The position numbers and the translations under genes are program-made. Source: the human T2T-CHM13v2.0 reference genome, Homo sapiens. From it: 64,000 nt of DNA. The stretch lies in the NCBI RefSeq assembly GCF_009914755.1, contig NC_060940.1. One strand, written 5' to 3'. The notes beneath the pieces were generated by a model. It was not told the DNA's origin. It was given only the letters and a program-made list of their open reading frames with translations, and did not search any database. Positions 43,334 through 55,680 of the stretch are shown here, in pieces. The first letter of the stretch is position 1. Each line of letters begins with the position of its first letter.

Positions 43334-44470
43334 GTGGGCGGTGAGACGTGTGATTAGCATATCCCGGGGACTGGGCCCACCGTTCCACCGGCCCCCAGGC
43401 GGCCTCCCCGCCCTATCTGGAGGCTCAGACCCCTGCCCATATAGGGATTGGGAGAGGGCCCCATGGTTCCAGGTCAATCTGGGGCCCTCCCTGGGTCTCA
43501 GAACCCCCACTTGTGGGCAGGATCAGATCAGGGCTCTTAAATTAGAGAATTTAGATTGGTATTGAAAGATCTAGCACACCCCCAAAACTGTAAAACTGTG
43601 TGAGCAAACATAGCTTTTGTGAAGGAAGGGGTCCTTTCAGATGGTTCTCAAGGGAGCACAGGACCCCCAGAATGAGGTAAAGCCCCCCGGCCTTGGTGCC
43701 CAAGAGTGCCCCGGTTCTGACACCTGTCTTTGGCTGATTTGCAGGGAACCACAAAATTTTACTTGAATGCACTGACCTGAGTTTGTCAAGTGTCGATGTG
43801 GGTGCTGGGTGCCGTTGAGTGTAGATGTGGGTCCCAGGAGACCCCCTGGGTCCTCTGCCTGCAGCGCCAGCATTACATCCAAGGCTGGCCCGCTGCCTTT
43901 TCTCTGGGCTGTGGATGGTCCATGAGCTTAAGGACTTTGGAGCAGGGAGAACTGGTGCAGATGCCAGCTCTTGGCTTCCCAGCAAGTCTCAATGTCCTGG
44001 AGCCTCAGTTTGTGCATCTGTAGAACGGGAGTTCGGCAAGGGCTGTGTGAGGACTCGATGCCTGTAAAGTGCTGGGTGTGGAGGTTGGCTTGAGGGAGCA
44101 TGGAGCTGCCTCTCACCAGGGAGTTCTGAAGTCTGTGCTGTGGTGAACATTGGATGGGAAAGGGGAAGGCTCCGGGCTGCCTGCAGGAGTGCCCTTCGGC
44201 TGTCTGCAGTGATAGGGCCTGGGGTGGGGCCGAGGGCTCCTGTAGGCTCTGAATTTTGCTCCCTTCTGCTTTAACGTGAAGCCCCTGGAACTTTAATCTG
44301 TCTCTATGGCTGGGCGCGACTCTCCCATCCCTATGGAGGCTGAGGAAGGACGGGGGTGAATGGGCTCAGGCCTGGCAGGCTCCTGGGGCTCCAGACAGTC
44401 CTGCGTGCTCCTGCTGCTGCTGTCTAGGAGCCTGGCTCTGACACTTCCTCCCACCCTGCCCCATCCCCAG

Positions 44471-44582
44471 CATCCTCTATGCGGACATCGTGGGCTTCAC
44501 GCAGCTGGCCAGCGACTGTTCTCCCAAGGAGCTGGTGGTGGTGCTGAATGAGCTCTTTGGCAAGTTCGACCAGATCGCCAAG
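44471..44582 (+). CDS. ADCY7: ADCY7 exon 7 (C1a, first metal-binding Asp)
   Basis: [15 protein letters not shown]...FGKFDQIAK; AAG|GTGAGC; 112 nt. Confidence 0.97.
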
Positions 44583-45007
44583 GTGAGCCCGCTGGCCTAC
44601 AATGGGCAAAGCCAGGCCCCTCCCCTGCCTATTACACCCCAGGGGTGTCCTGTGTTCAGTGCCCTGCTGGAATTGGGATGGGGAGGCGTGGCTGAATTTT
44701 AGCATCCAGCCAGCAAACACAAGCGCCCCATGGTAAAGGTGGGGGTGAGTGGTGGCCACGGCAGCCAGGATCCTGTGCCCCCAGAGTGACAGGCCAGTGG
44801 GGAGACTGACAGTGCACACTGGGCGATATACTGGGGCTCTGGAGCTCAGATGGGGGCTCAGGAGGAGGAGATGGCTCCATCCTCACTGGCAAGGCTAGCA
44901 GCCTCCACTCACCTGGTAGCTCAGGAGGACTGTGGAATGCCCAGCCTCACCCAGAAGCTGCTTTTCACAGGATCTGAGGTGAATCACGTGCACATTAAAC
45001 TTTTACG

Positions 45008-45174
45008 TTTTGTTTGTTTGTTTTTGTGAGATGGAGTCTCATTCTGTCATGAAGGCTGGAGTGCAGTGGTGCCATCACTGCTCACTGCAGCCTCGACCTG
45101 CCAGGCTCAAGTGATTCTCATGCCTCAGCCTCCTGAGTAGCTGGGACTACAGGCATGCACCACCACGCCTGGCT

Positions 45175-45207
<33 letters not shown>

Positions 45208-45324
45208 TAGCAATGGGGTTTCGCCATGTAGGCCAGGCTGGTCTCGAACTCCTGACCTCAAGTGATCATCCCCTCTTGGCCTCCCAAGTGCTGAGATTAC
45301 AGCCGTGGGCCACCACTCCTGGCC
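45008..45324 (-). mobile_element. Alu with expanded internal poly(T)
   Basis: Antisense dimer, T run ~45177-45206. Confidence 0.92.
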
Positions 45325-45884
45325 CACCTTAAAGTCTGAGATACTTGAAAAAATATCTGAGGAGGAAAGGGAACAGTGTTCTTAGCAGGGGGAACAGCAT
45401 AGACAAAGCCTGGAGTAGAAAGAAAGCCCCGTGTGTCCATGGGGTGAACGTGCTCAGTGTGCGTGTGAGGTGTGAGGGGGACAAGGGCACAAGGTCTGAC
45501 ATGCAAGGACATGAGGGCTGAGGCGAGGACCAGGATGCTGAGGAGCTCGACACGTGCCAGGCAGGGAGGGGGTAAGGCAAGCAACATTTCCATTAATGGA
45601 CCAAATGGTCCTGAGAGAGGGTAAGTGCCAGGCCCTGAGTCTGGGTGGGGCCTTGGGCCTACATGGTATGTGCTTTGAAGAAGAGAAGTGTGGGGGCCAG
45701 GAAGCCTGGGGAGCACCTAGCCCAGCCTCAGGTGATCAGGGCAGGCTTCCTGGAAGTGGTGGCCATTAAATAGAGACTGAAGTGTAAGATTTAAGGTGGT
45801 GGCTCCCTATCCTGGCTGTACATGCAAATCACATGGAAAGCTTAAATAAAACACCAGTGCCCATGTCCACACCCATCAGAGTTC

Positions 45885-46183
45885 TGTTTTGTTTTGTTTT
45901 TGAGACAGAGTCTTGCTCTGTCACCTAGCGTGAAGTGCAATGGCATAATCATGGCTCACAGCAGCCTCAACCTGCCTGGGCTCAGGCGTCCTCCCACTTC
46001 AGCCTCCCGAGCAGCTGTGACTACAGGTGTGCACCACAACCCCAGGCTAATTTTTTTGTATTTTGTGGAGATGGGGTTTTGCTACATTGTCTAGGCTGGT
46101 CTTGAATTCCTACGCTCAAGTGATCCACCCACCTCAGCCTCCCAAAGTGCTAGGATTACAGGCATGCACCATCATGCCCTGCC
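45885..46183 (-). mobile_element. Alu (AluJ-like)
   Basis: Antisense dimer, TSD-like cccatcaga. Confidence 0.9.
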
Positions 46184-46192
46184 CCATCAGAA

Positions 46193-46485
46193 TTTTTTTT
46201 TTTTTTTTGAGACGGAGTCTTGCTCTGTTGCCCAGGCTGGAGTGCAGTGGTGTGATCTCTGCTCACTGCAAGCTCCGCCTCCCGGGTTCACACCATTCTG
46301 CCTCACCCTCCTGAGTAGCTGGGACTACAGGCGCCTGCCACCACGCCTGGCTAATTTTTTGTATTTTTAGTAGAGACGGGGTTTCACCATGTTAGCCAGG
46401 ATGGTCTTGATTTCCTGACCTTGTGATCCGCCTGCCTCGACCTCTCAAAGTGCTGGGATTACAGGTGTGAGCCACTGCGCCTGGC
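46193..46485 (-). mobile_element. AluY-like element
   Basis: gcaagctccgcctcccgggttcacaccatt, ttagccaggatggtct. Confidence 0.9.
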
Positions 46486-48039
46486 CAGAATTTGTAAGAG
46501 CCCCGCAGGTGTCTCTGTGGGCAGAGAATCAATGGTCTAGAACTTGATGGGAGGCAAGTTATGACTTCACACTGGGAAGAATTTTTCATGATCAGAGCTA
46601 CTCAATCCCAGGAGGGACTGGAAGTGGGCTCCCTGTTGCAGGGGGTAACCAAGCTTCTACAGGATTGCACTGGTCAGGGATGCTCTGGAAAACTGTCCCA
46701 TCCTGGGGATTGTGGACTGAGTGACTCAGAGGGCCTGTCTAGCCTGGAACCTTCCTTCAGGATCTGCATGGCTTCTGAACCAGCAGCTGGGAGCCCCAGA
46801 GGTTGGGCCTCATGTGAGGCAGGGGCCCTGGGCTCGGGCCACAGCTGGCCCTTTCCTTACCATAAAGCCCACACAGAGGGTCCCTTGCCCTTGGACACAG
46901 TCTTCCCTCTCCAGCAGGCCCAGGAGGCGTGGCCCTATTGCACAGATGGGGAAAGGGAGGCCATGGCAGGTGCCAGCTTCCCAGTCAGAGCATCTAATCT
47001 CTGGGCAGAGTTGGGCAGGGCTGGTCCCAGCCTTTTCTCCTATCAACAATCAGATTCCAGAAGTGTAAGCTCTTTCCAAGAGCCAGGGCCTCCTCTCTCA
47101 GAGGCATACAAGTCACACCTCCGCACAAGACCCAGCTCCCCAACTCCAAGTGTCAGAGACACAGGGGACTGTCAGCCGGTGGAGCAGCCGGGGGAATGTG
47201 GCCTCTCCTACATCCCCGAGAGCTGGGCTGGGTCCATGGGCAGTCCTGTGCCTGGTCCGAGAGGAGATCAGGGTAGCTGGAGCCTAGTATCCAGGTCTGC
47301 CAAGATTGCCTGCTTTCTAGGAAAGCCACTGTCCTCTTGTCCTTGCAGTCACTCAGAACTCACTCAGCATGTGCCAGATGGGGCCCAGCAGGAAACATCT
47401 GGCACACGCTGAAACTGAGTAATTGGCGGAGGGCACAGGCCAGGGATGGTTCCCAGGCTGGGCAGGTGCAGGGGACCTGGAGGCAGGGCTGGTGCTGTGT
47501 CTGGGGCCTGGGTCTGTGATGGCTGATGGGCACAGAGTAGGGACGAGGACAGGATAGGCTCGAGTCCTGGAGACAGATGGTGTTCCAGGAGCAGGCCTAG
47601 CCCTCGTGAGCCTGCAGGACAGAGCCCTCTTAGCTCCCTCCTGGCCAGAAGCCAGAGCACAGGGCCACCTGCTGGGGCGTCCAGTCCGAGGGTCAGCTGA
47701 GTGGGGTAGAGGGTGGGGAGGGGAGAGCAGAGGCAGATGGCGCTCCTTCTTCAGCTCCCCTAAAGCCCCACCCATGAGGCCTCGGTGCATGTGGCCACCC
47801 TTGCTGAGGGCTTAAGGAGGGTCTGGTGACGCAGCAGTGCCTCAGATGAACCTCAGAGGGCTCTCGGGGGTCCCCTTCTCTCCCTGGGCCTTTTCCTATG
47901 AGTCCCCACCCTCGCCGCTCTCCTACTCTGCCCTCCCCATTCCCTCTTTCCTCTCTGCATTGATATCTTTCCTCCCCACCCCTAAGCCCTGTCAGCACAG
48001 CCACTGCTTGGGTGACCTTGAAACCTGCTGATCCCTTGG

Positions 48040-48475
48040 TGTGTACACCTGTGACCTCTGTCCTCACCCCCCACTCCTGCAGCCTCCTGGCTACCTCGCA
48101 GTCTCTTCCCCAGCTTTGTGGCCCCAGGGCTCCTGTGAGTCCTTGAGTACTCTTCCTGCAGAGACTGGCATGGCCGGCTCTCTCGGTTCCTCGGGGTCTT
48201 AGCTCAAATGTTTCTGATTCCAACTCTGAGAGGTCTTCGCTGGCCTCCTGGGAACATCACTTCCCTCCTGTGCCTTGGTTTTCTCCTTAGCCCCCATCAC
48301 AGCTGGGCACACTGTTTTGTTTTTGTCTTTCTAGTTTAGTGCCCACCCCTCCTGCCTACGTGCAAGCTCCGTGGCTGCAGAGATTTGCATCTATTTTGTT
48401 CACTGCTGTGTCCCCTTGCCTGGCCTGGGGCCGGGTACTCAGTAGGCACTCAAACATTACCTGGGCAAATGAAAC
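48040..48475. mobile_element. L2-like fragment
   Basis: tattttgttcactgctgtgtcccc...gtactcagtaggcactcaaacatt. Confidence 0.6.
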
Positions 48476-48734
48476 CAAGGCAGACCCCTCCCCGAGGCCC
48501 TTAGGAACACTCGTGTTCACCTCTGGTGCTTGCCTGGGGGTTCCTCCTGGGGAGGCCCCCATGTCGCTAAGCCTTTTGCCAGGCCCAGAAGTGGCTCCTG
48601 GTGACTGGACCCCAGGAGGCAAGCCCCCAGCCAGGAGAGAGCCGGGTGCACCCTGGAGGGTGGGGGGAGGCGGCTGTCGTGAGAGGTCCCAGCCCCACAT
48701 CTTCCAGTGACCAGGCCCTTCCCTCACCCTGCAG

Positions 48735-48862
48735 GCCAACGAGTGCATGCGAATCAAGATCCTCGGCGACTGCTACTACTGTGTATCGGGCCTGCCCGTG
48801 TCGCTGCCTACCCACGCCCGGAACTGCGTGAAGATGGGGCTGGACATGTGCCAGGCCATCAA
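48735..48862 (+). CDS. ADCY7: ADCY7 exon 8 (C1a, second metal-binding Asp)
   Basis: [19 protein letters not shown]...CQAI; AA|GTAGGT; 128 nt. Confidence 0.96.
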
Positions 48863-49910
48863 GTAGGTCCTGGGCGGGCCCAGGCCCTGGGTCCTGCCCT
48901 GTGGCGGACCCTCCTGGGCATGGTAGGGGATGTGTCATTCTCATGTCACAGATGGGGAAACTGAGGCTCGGGGGGTTGGGGGTGAAAGCAGCTTGCCTGG
49001 ACCACCCAGCCTGCTGGAGGATTCAGACTTCATCTGTTTGCGTCCCTCCCTGTGGTGCTGCCTGTGACTCTGAGTCCCAGAAAGCATCTCCGGAGCTCAG
49101 AGCTGGGTGATGTGAGGTCAGGGCGGTGGGCTCCGCTCCCCTCAAGGATGGGGTCTTAGCAACAGCAGGAGGCTTCAGGGTAGGCAGCCGGGGGACCTTT
49201 CCGACCCAGGGGTCGACTCCAAGGCTCCATCTGCTTCCTGCTCCCCAGTGAAGATCCTGGAGTCAGGCTTGGTCCTGAGGCTGCGGGGAGACCCCCCGCT
49301 CCCCTCTAGGTCCCCTGTGGCTCTGAGCAGCTGGGGTCTGTGGGAGGAATTTGCCGAGAGGGCTGTATGGGGAGAGGGCCAGGCAGGCCCAGCCAGGCTG
49401 ACCAGTGTGGGGCAGAGCAGGGCCCGGTGGGGCTGCCCGTCCTGGATATCAGGCCGTGTTCCAGCCTGTCCTTCTCCTGAAGTCCTGCCATAGGTGGCTG
49501 GTGTTGCCAGAAAGAAGCCTGGGCAGAGCTGGAGGGGCCTGGCCTGCACCACTGCCTGTGTGACCTCAGGCTGGCCCCTGCCCTGTAACAGGCGGAGGTT
49601 GTACAGGCCCTCGTGCACCTCTGGTTCCGACCCTGGAAGGCTTGGTCAGTGCCCAGCCTTGTTGGTGGACACGTGGTGCCGCTTGTCATGGGGACTCAGG
49701 CTCTGTTCCTGTCTTGGGCGTCCCCTGTGCCCCAAGGAAGCTCTCCCGTGGGGCTCTGCTCCTGTGCTCAGTGGTGCTAACAACTCCCAGGGCCCCTGCT
49801 TCCCAGGGATTGGGGGGGCATAGAAGGTGCCCATGGTCTGGGCCCCTGTGTTCCTTGTCTATGCTAGGTTTTGGGTGGTTCCTGGACCCCCTCTGTAGAC
49901 GCCAGTAAAC

Positions 49911-50203
<293 letters not shown>

Positions 50204-50545
50204 CCAGTAAACTTTTAAAACCCAGCCGGTGCTGCTGGGCAGGGAAAACACCCAGTGATGGTATTTTAGGTCCATCAACATGGGCTGTAGTGACTAGTTG
50301 GAATTCCTCCTCCCTCCTACCTAGTCCTTGAGGTCAGCTGTGGCCACACCTACTTGTATGCTCCTGGGGATGGGGCACTCAGCTCTTCCTGAAGAGGCAG
50401 CCCCATCAGGCTGAGAACATTCTCTCCCGTGGGCTGAGCGCCTGCCCTGTTCCCACATGCTGCCCTGTACCCACCCCACACCTGGGAGCTTCAGCCTGTC
50501 CCAGGGCTTAGGCAGGGCTGGGGTGACTGGGCCACTCTGCCCCAG

Positions 50546-50704
50546 GCAGGTGCGGGAGGCCACGGGCGTGGACATCAACATGCGTGTGGGCATACACTCG
50601 GGGAATGTGCTGTGCGGGGTCATCGGGCTGCGCAAGTGGCAGTATGACGTGTGGTCCCACGACGTGTCCCTGGCCAACCGGATGGAGGCAGCCGGAGTAC
50701 CCGG
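50546..50704 (+). CDS. ADCY7: ADCY7 exon 9
   Basis: [19 protein letters not shown]...MEAAGVP; GG|GTGAGG; 159 nt. Confidence 0.96.
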
Positions 50705-50912
50705 GTGAGGCTGGGCTGGGTAGCCGCAGGGACAGAGGCCTGGGGCTGGCTGTGGATGGAGGGTTCTGCGGTTGGGGGTGGGGGTCAGGTGTGGAGGGAG
50801 AGATGAATGTAGAAAAGCTGGCCTGGGGCCCAGGCCTGCCTGCTGTGCATCCCTGGGTGGATGCCAGCCCTCTCTGGGCCCCAAGGCTCTGCCTGACTTG
50901 GGTCTCCCGTAG

Positions 50913-51045
50913 CCGGGTGCACATCACGGAGGCCACGCTAAAGCACCTGGACAAGGCGTACGAGGTGGAGGATGGGCACGGGCAGCAGCGGGACCCCTAC
51001 CTCAAGGAGATGAACATCCGCACCTACCTGGTCATCGACCCCCGG
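50913..51045 (+). CDS. ADCY7: ADCY7 exon 10
   Basis: RVHITEATL...TYLVIDPR; CGG|GTACGA; 133 nt. Confidence 0.96.
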
Positions 51046-52248
51046 GTACGAGGGCTCAGAGGCCGCAGCTGGGGGGGACCCGGAGGGACTGGAGGGGCCC
51101 TGGAGAGCCTGGCCCGCACCTTGGAGGAAACCCCCATGTGGAGGGAGAGGTGGGGAAGGGCCCTGCCTGGGCAGGAGTGAGCTCCCTGTTCCCAGGCACA
51201 TTCTAGGCACCGAGTAGCCACTCCCTGGGCCTCCATTCTTTTCTATGTGATGGGAAAACAGCGCCTGCCTCACCAGAAGGAGCTAATCCGAGCGAGGCCT
51301 TCACAGTGCGCCTGGCACGTCACAGCATTCTATGTATTCTCGTCACTCTTGGTTTATTTTCCATGAGGTGGTTATTAATCTCCCAGATTTCCGAGAGACA
51401 CACTTTCAAAACAAGCTTTGGATGAAACTCAGGAAAGCAGGGAGTGGCCTGGGAGCCACTGGGCAGGAGCCTCTGAGTGTCCTGGGTGCTGACTGCAGGT
51501 CCCCTGGTGGCTCCAGGACCCCACGGTGGAGGAGGCAGTTCCACTGCCCTGGCCAGGTGGGGCCCGCCTTGGCCTGTCTGCTGCCCGACCCTGGCCTGCT
51601 TCAGGGAGTCCGGCACGTCTGGCCACTTCTCTGTGAATCATCCATGAGGCTTGCTCAAGAATGTCGGCCCAGCCAGCGAGTGGCTCCTTTCACTCTGGTC
51701 CTCGCTATGCCTTGGGGCTGGCCCGACTGCCAGACCCTGGGGGACCAAGGGCTGGCCTGTGAGCCTCCCTACACATCTGCTGGCCTCACTCTGCCCCCAG
51801 CACCCCCAGTGCTGCACCATCCATACTGAGCCAGCATCTGGGAAAACCCCTGCCGGTACCTGTGTCCCATTCCACCACCCTCCTAGAATAGGGCCCTGAT
51901 CCTCGCCCTGTACCCCGGCCCTGGCCCCGCCCCTCCAAGCCCCTTCCCCTGCTCTCCTGTCCCCCTCACCCCACCTGGTCTCCTCCTGCCCTTCCACTAC
52001 CAGGGTGGTGGCACCCGCAGGTCCCTGCACTCAAAACACTCCTCCCTCCGTCCCTAATGCCCTTGCTTGTTTATCCATTTTCCTTGTCTGTTGTCAGCAT
52101 GAGTGCCATGCCGGGGGGCTCCTCCTCTCCAGGCTGCAGCCCCCCACCCCGTGCTGAGATGGATGCCCGGCTCGAAGCTAGTGCTCAGATAGCCCTTGAA
52201 TGAGTGAAGCAGAGCTCCTCACCCAGGAGGCTCCAAAATCCACCCCCG

Positions 52249-52380
52249 CAGGCTGCCAGGTTGAGCAGGGAAAACTGCAGGCTGCCTGGGCCGACTTGAA
52301 TTTCAGATAACTGTAAATCATGTTTCGCATAAGTGTTGCACGCAGTACTCAACTGGACAGTTGTATTTATTTGGCGGCCC
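52249..52380. mobile_element. MER53-like MITE remnant
   Basis: ggctgccag...ttgaatttcagataa...aactggacagttgtatttatttggcggccc. Confidence 0.55.
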
Positions 52381-54190
52381 CACCTTCCCCCCACCCCACC
52401 CTACCCCACCCTCTTTTTTGTTTAACTTCATTTATCCACGCAGTTGAAAGTTCAAAAGGTGTGAAGGGCGTGTTGTAGAAAGACTCCTTGTCCCCAGCCG
52501 GCACATCTCAGAGGGGACCTGTGCAGTGAGTTTCTTGTATTCCCTCCACAGGGATTTTCACGGACACCGAGTGAACTGCGAGTCCCCCCACCCTTCTTGC
52601 TAAGGTGGCAGTGGCGGGCCCCATGGTCGCGCACCCTGCATTTTTCCTACCTTGGGGACATCCCTCCTGTGTGCAGGGTGCTCGTCTGTAGCTCCTGTTT
52701 TTGACATGGAGGTGGATTTTCTGCACTGGCTTCTATGGGCTCTGCCTTACGCCATTGCTGTGTGGCCTGGCTGGGGCAAGGTGGGCTCCTGTGGACTGGA
52801 TGGTGGCTGCAGCTGCCCCCGTGGGGCTCATACCAATGCCATGCCCATTCCGAGTAGGCATGTGTTTGCTCAGAACTGAGGAATCTGATTTTTGTTTCTG
52901 CTTTTTATTTGTTTCTCAGGGGGCTGGGGTGTCTGGATTCTCTGCTAAGTGCCAGTGACCTTGAACTTGAGTGGCTAGGTGCTGTGTAGGCAGAGTTGTC
53001 ACAATGGAGGAGGGGACAGAGAAACGCATCCACCCCCACCAGGTTGCTCACCACAGGGCCAGCGCGCTCTTCCTGCTCTGGGACACTCACCGAGGCTGAA
53101 TTCCACGTGGCTCCCGTGGCTAGGCAGATAGATGCAGCTAAGGGCTTAAAAATGTTTCTATCCCAAAAGGAGGTGAGAGGTTTCCAGGAAAGTTGCGCTG
53201 TGGCTTATCGAGTGCTTGTAGCTGTGGAGGCTTGTCCATGGGGTGTTTGTGGGGCCCTAGGAGACAGGACTTCCGGAGGCAGAGGAATGTTTCAGGGGCT
53301 AAGGAGAGACTCAGCAGACCTGGAGCCCGCTTAAGCTCATCTCTGGTGGCCTTGTGGGTCTTTCTCTTCCCTGTCCCTTTTCCAGTCCTGTCTGGCCACC
53401 CCAACTGGCGAAGGCCTCAGGCATGTGTTCTTGGATCGGGGTGGGGGTCTCAGGTCTGTGGCATGAGTGGGGGCGGGTAGGGCTGGCCGTGCATTCAGGG
53501 CCTGGCTGAACTACTGAGTGTCCAGCATGAGGCTGGGTCTCGCAGGCACGTGGCAGGTCATGGCCCTGTGCCATCTGCGGTTGGGGGCCACACAAGTGGA
53601 ACTCCCTGGATCGCTGCCCTGGGGGTTGGCTGGCCTCTGGCTTGGCCATTTCTCGGGGCGGCTAGCACCCCTCTTCCTCCTGGCTGCTTCTCACAGGAAG
53701 GAGCGAATGCGTGCCGGCCACACGTGGGAGGGCAGGGTAGGATGCCTGTGGCTTTCCCAGGCGCCTCCTGGGGAGGAGCTGATGGGTGCTCAGGCCCCAG
53801 GGACTCTCTGGTTCCAAGGAGCCTCAAGGGCAGTGGGGCCTCGGGCTTGGGACCCAAGCCCTGCCTCTCTCCCTGGGGAGGCAGAGCAGGGTATGGGGTT
53901 GGGTACAGTGGTGGGTACTTGCTAGCCTCTTCTCGGCCTGGGGAAAGGCCAGGGCACCGAGCTGGGACCCCATATGGCCTGGCCTCAGAGTGCACCAGGC
54001 TTTGGCTGGCTAGTCCCCAAGGGCAGCCGCTCTCCAAGGGGACTGCGGGTTGAGCAACTTCTTTGCTGTTTATTTTTTCACGGGCTCAGGGCGGCGTCAC
54101 ACTTCAGGGAGAGCTGGATGGGGATGGCGGCCCCTTCCTGGGCCGAGAGGGGAGGAGGTGGCACAGGCCCATGTCCATGTCTGCCCGCAG

Positions 54191-54382
54191 AGCCAGCAGC
54201 CACCCCCGCCCAGCCAACACCTCCCCAGGCCCAAGGGGGACGCGGCCCTGAAGATGCGGGCGTCAGTGCGCATGACCCGGTACCTCGAGTCCTGGGGGGC
54301 GGCACGGCCCTTTGCACATCTCAACCACCGTGAGAGCGTGAGCAGTGGTGAGACCCACGTCCCCAACGGGCGGAGGCCTAAG
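54191..54382 (+). CDS. ADCY7: ADCY7 exon 11 (C1b)
   Basis: SQQPPPPSQ...YLESWGAARPFAHL...GRRPK; AAG|GTAGGT; 192 nt. Confidence 0.95.
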
Positions 54383-54755
54383 GTAGGTCCCCCTCCCACC
54401 CAGAAAGCCAGGGATTGGGGCCCCAAGCCAGGAGCAGGAGAGTGAGTGCTGAAGATCTCCTGCCCTCTCAGCCTCACTGTCCCCATCTGTAAAATGGCCA
54501 CAGCCTCTGCCCCACCTCCTGGGGCTGGAGAGGAAGCAAAGACATTTGGAGAATACTCCGGGATGGCCAGGAACATCCCTGTCCTCCTTGATGCCTGGAC
54601 CACGCTCAGCTATAGTCAGGATGTCTGTGGCTTGGACGACCCCGACACCTTGTCCTGTGTATCAAGTGCCGGAGGGGCTGAACCTGGCCCAGCAGTGGCC
54701 TTCAGGGCCCAGTGTTCTGGGGAATGACTGTATCCTTTCCTCCCTTCCCTTTCAG

Positions 54756-54790
54756 AGCGTTCCCCAGCGCCACCGCCGGACCCCAGACAG
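54756..54790 (+). CDS. ADCY7: ADCY7 exon 12 (35-nt microexon)
   Basis: Strong pyrimidine tract ...ttcag|AGCGTT; SVPQRHRRTPD; AG|GTGCGT; needed to keep frame. Confidence 0.9.
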
Positions 54791-55333
54791 GTGCGTGCCC
54801 TGCCCTCCTGGCCAAGTCCTGCTGCAGCCACCTCCTCCAAGCAGGCTGCCCTGAGCAGCCTCTGTCCAGTGGGCAGCTCCGCAAGGCCCAGCCCAGGACC
54901 TCTGTGAAGTTGGCCAGGGCTTGGGTCAAAGCATTTCTAGGAACCAGAGTTTCCTGGCCCCTGGCCCTTCTGCATGGCCACATGATGGAGCACCTGTTGT
55001 ATGGTGCCCTGGCGGGGTCAGTGGAGTCGGTGGAAGGGAAGGAGATGACTGTGGGTGTCCTGGTCCCCATGCCAATCCCGGGGGTGTAGCCGAAGATGCC
55101 TTAGACTGGGGCTCGGGTCTGCCCTCTGCCTCTGGCTTGGCTGCTGGCCAGCTGGGCCATGCTGGGCCATGCTGGGTCCTCACTCGCCCTCTCTGGGCCT
55201 CAGTGGGACCCACCCATTCCTTCACCATCCCACCTGAGGTTCTGGGACCCCACTGGTGTCTACGTCCACACCCTCCTCTGGGAGAGTTGGAGGTGGTCGC
55301 TGTGCTGATGCAGTTGTGGGTATCTGATTCCAG

Positions 55334-55417
55334 AAGCATGTCCCCCAAGGGGCGGTCGGAGGATGACTCGTACGATGACGAGATGCTGTCAGCCATTGAG
55401 GGGCTCAGCTCCACGAG
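55334..55417 (+). CDS. ADCY7: ADCY7 exon 13
   Basis: SMSPKGRSEDDSYDDEMLSAIEGLSST; AG|GTGAGG; 84 nt. Confidence 0.93.
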
Positions 55418-55607
55418 GTGAGGTCTGAGACCTCTGTCCACCCCCCTCTCCTCTCCCCCTCGGATAGGGGTCCCCTATATGGGCAGGCCCATCTCATACC
55501 CCATGCCTGGTGGCCCAGCCTTGTTCCTTCCCCCTGCCTGCTGCCACCTCCTGAGGGAATGGACCCCTTCCCAGCCCCCATCTCACCGCAGCTGCCCCCG
55601 CCCACAG

Positions 55608-55680
55608 GCCCTGCTGCTCCAAGTCCGATGACTTCTACACCTTTGGGTCCATCTTCCTGGAGAAGGGCTTTGAGCGCGAG
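55608..55680 (+). CDS. ADCY7: ADCY7 exon 14
   Basis: PCCSKSDDFYTFGSIFLEKGFERE; GAG|GTGAGG; 73 nt. Confidence 0.93.

Noticed and set aside
46561-47412. 283-aa plus-strand intronic ORF
   Set aside because: No homology recognised, overlaps old repeat remnants, no exon signals linking it to ADCY7.
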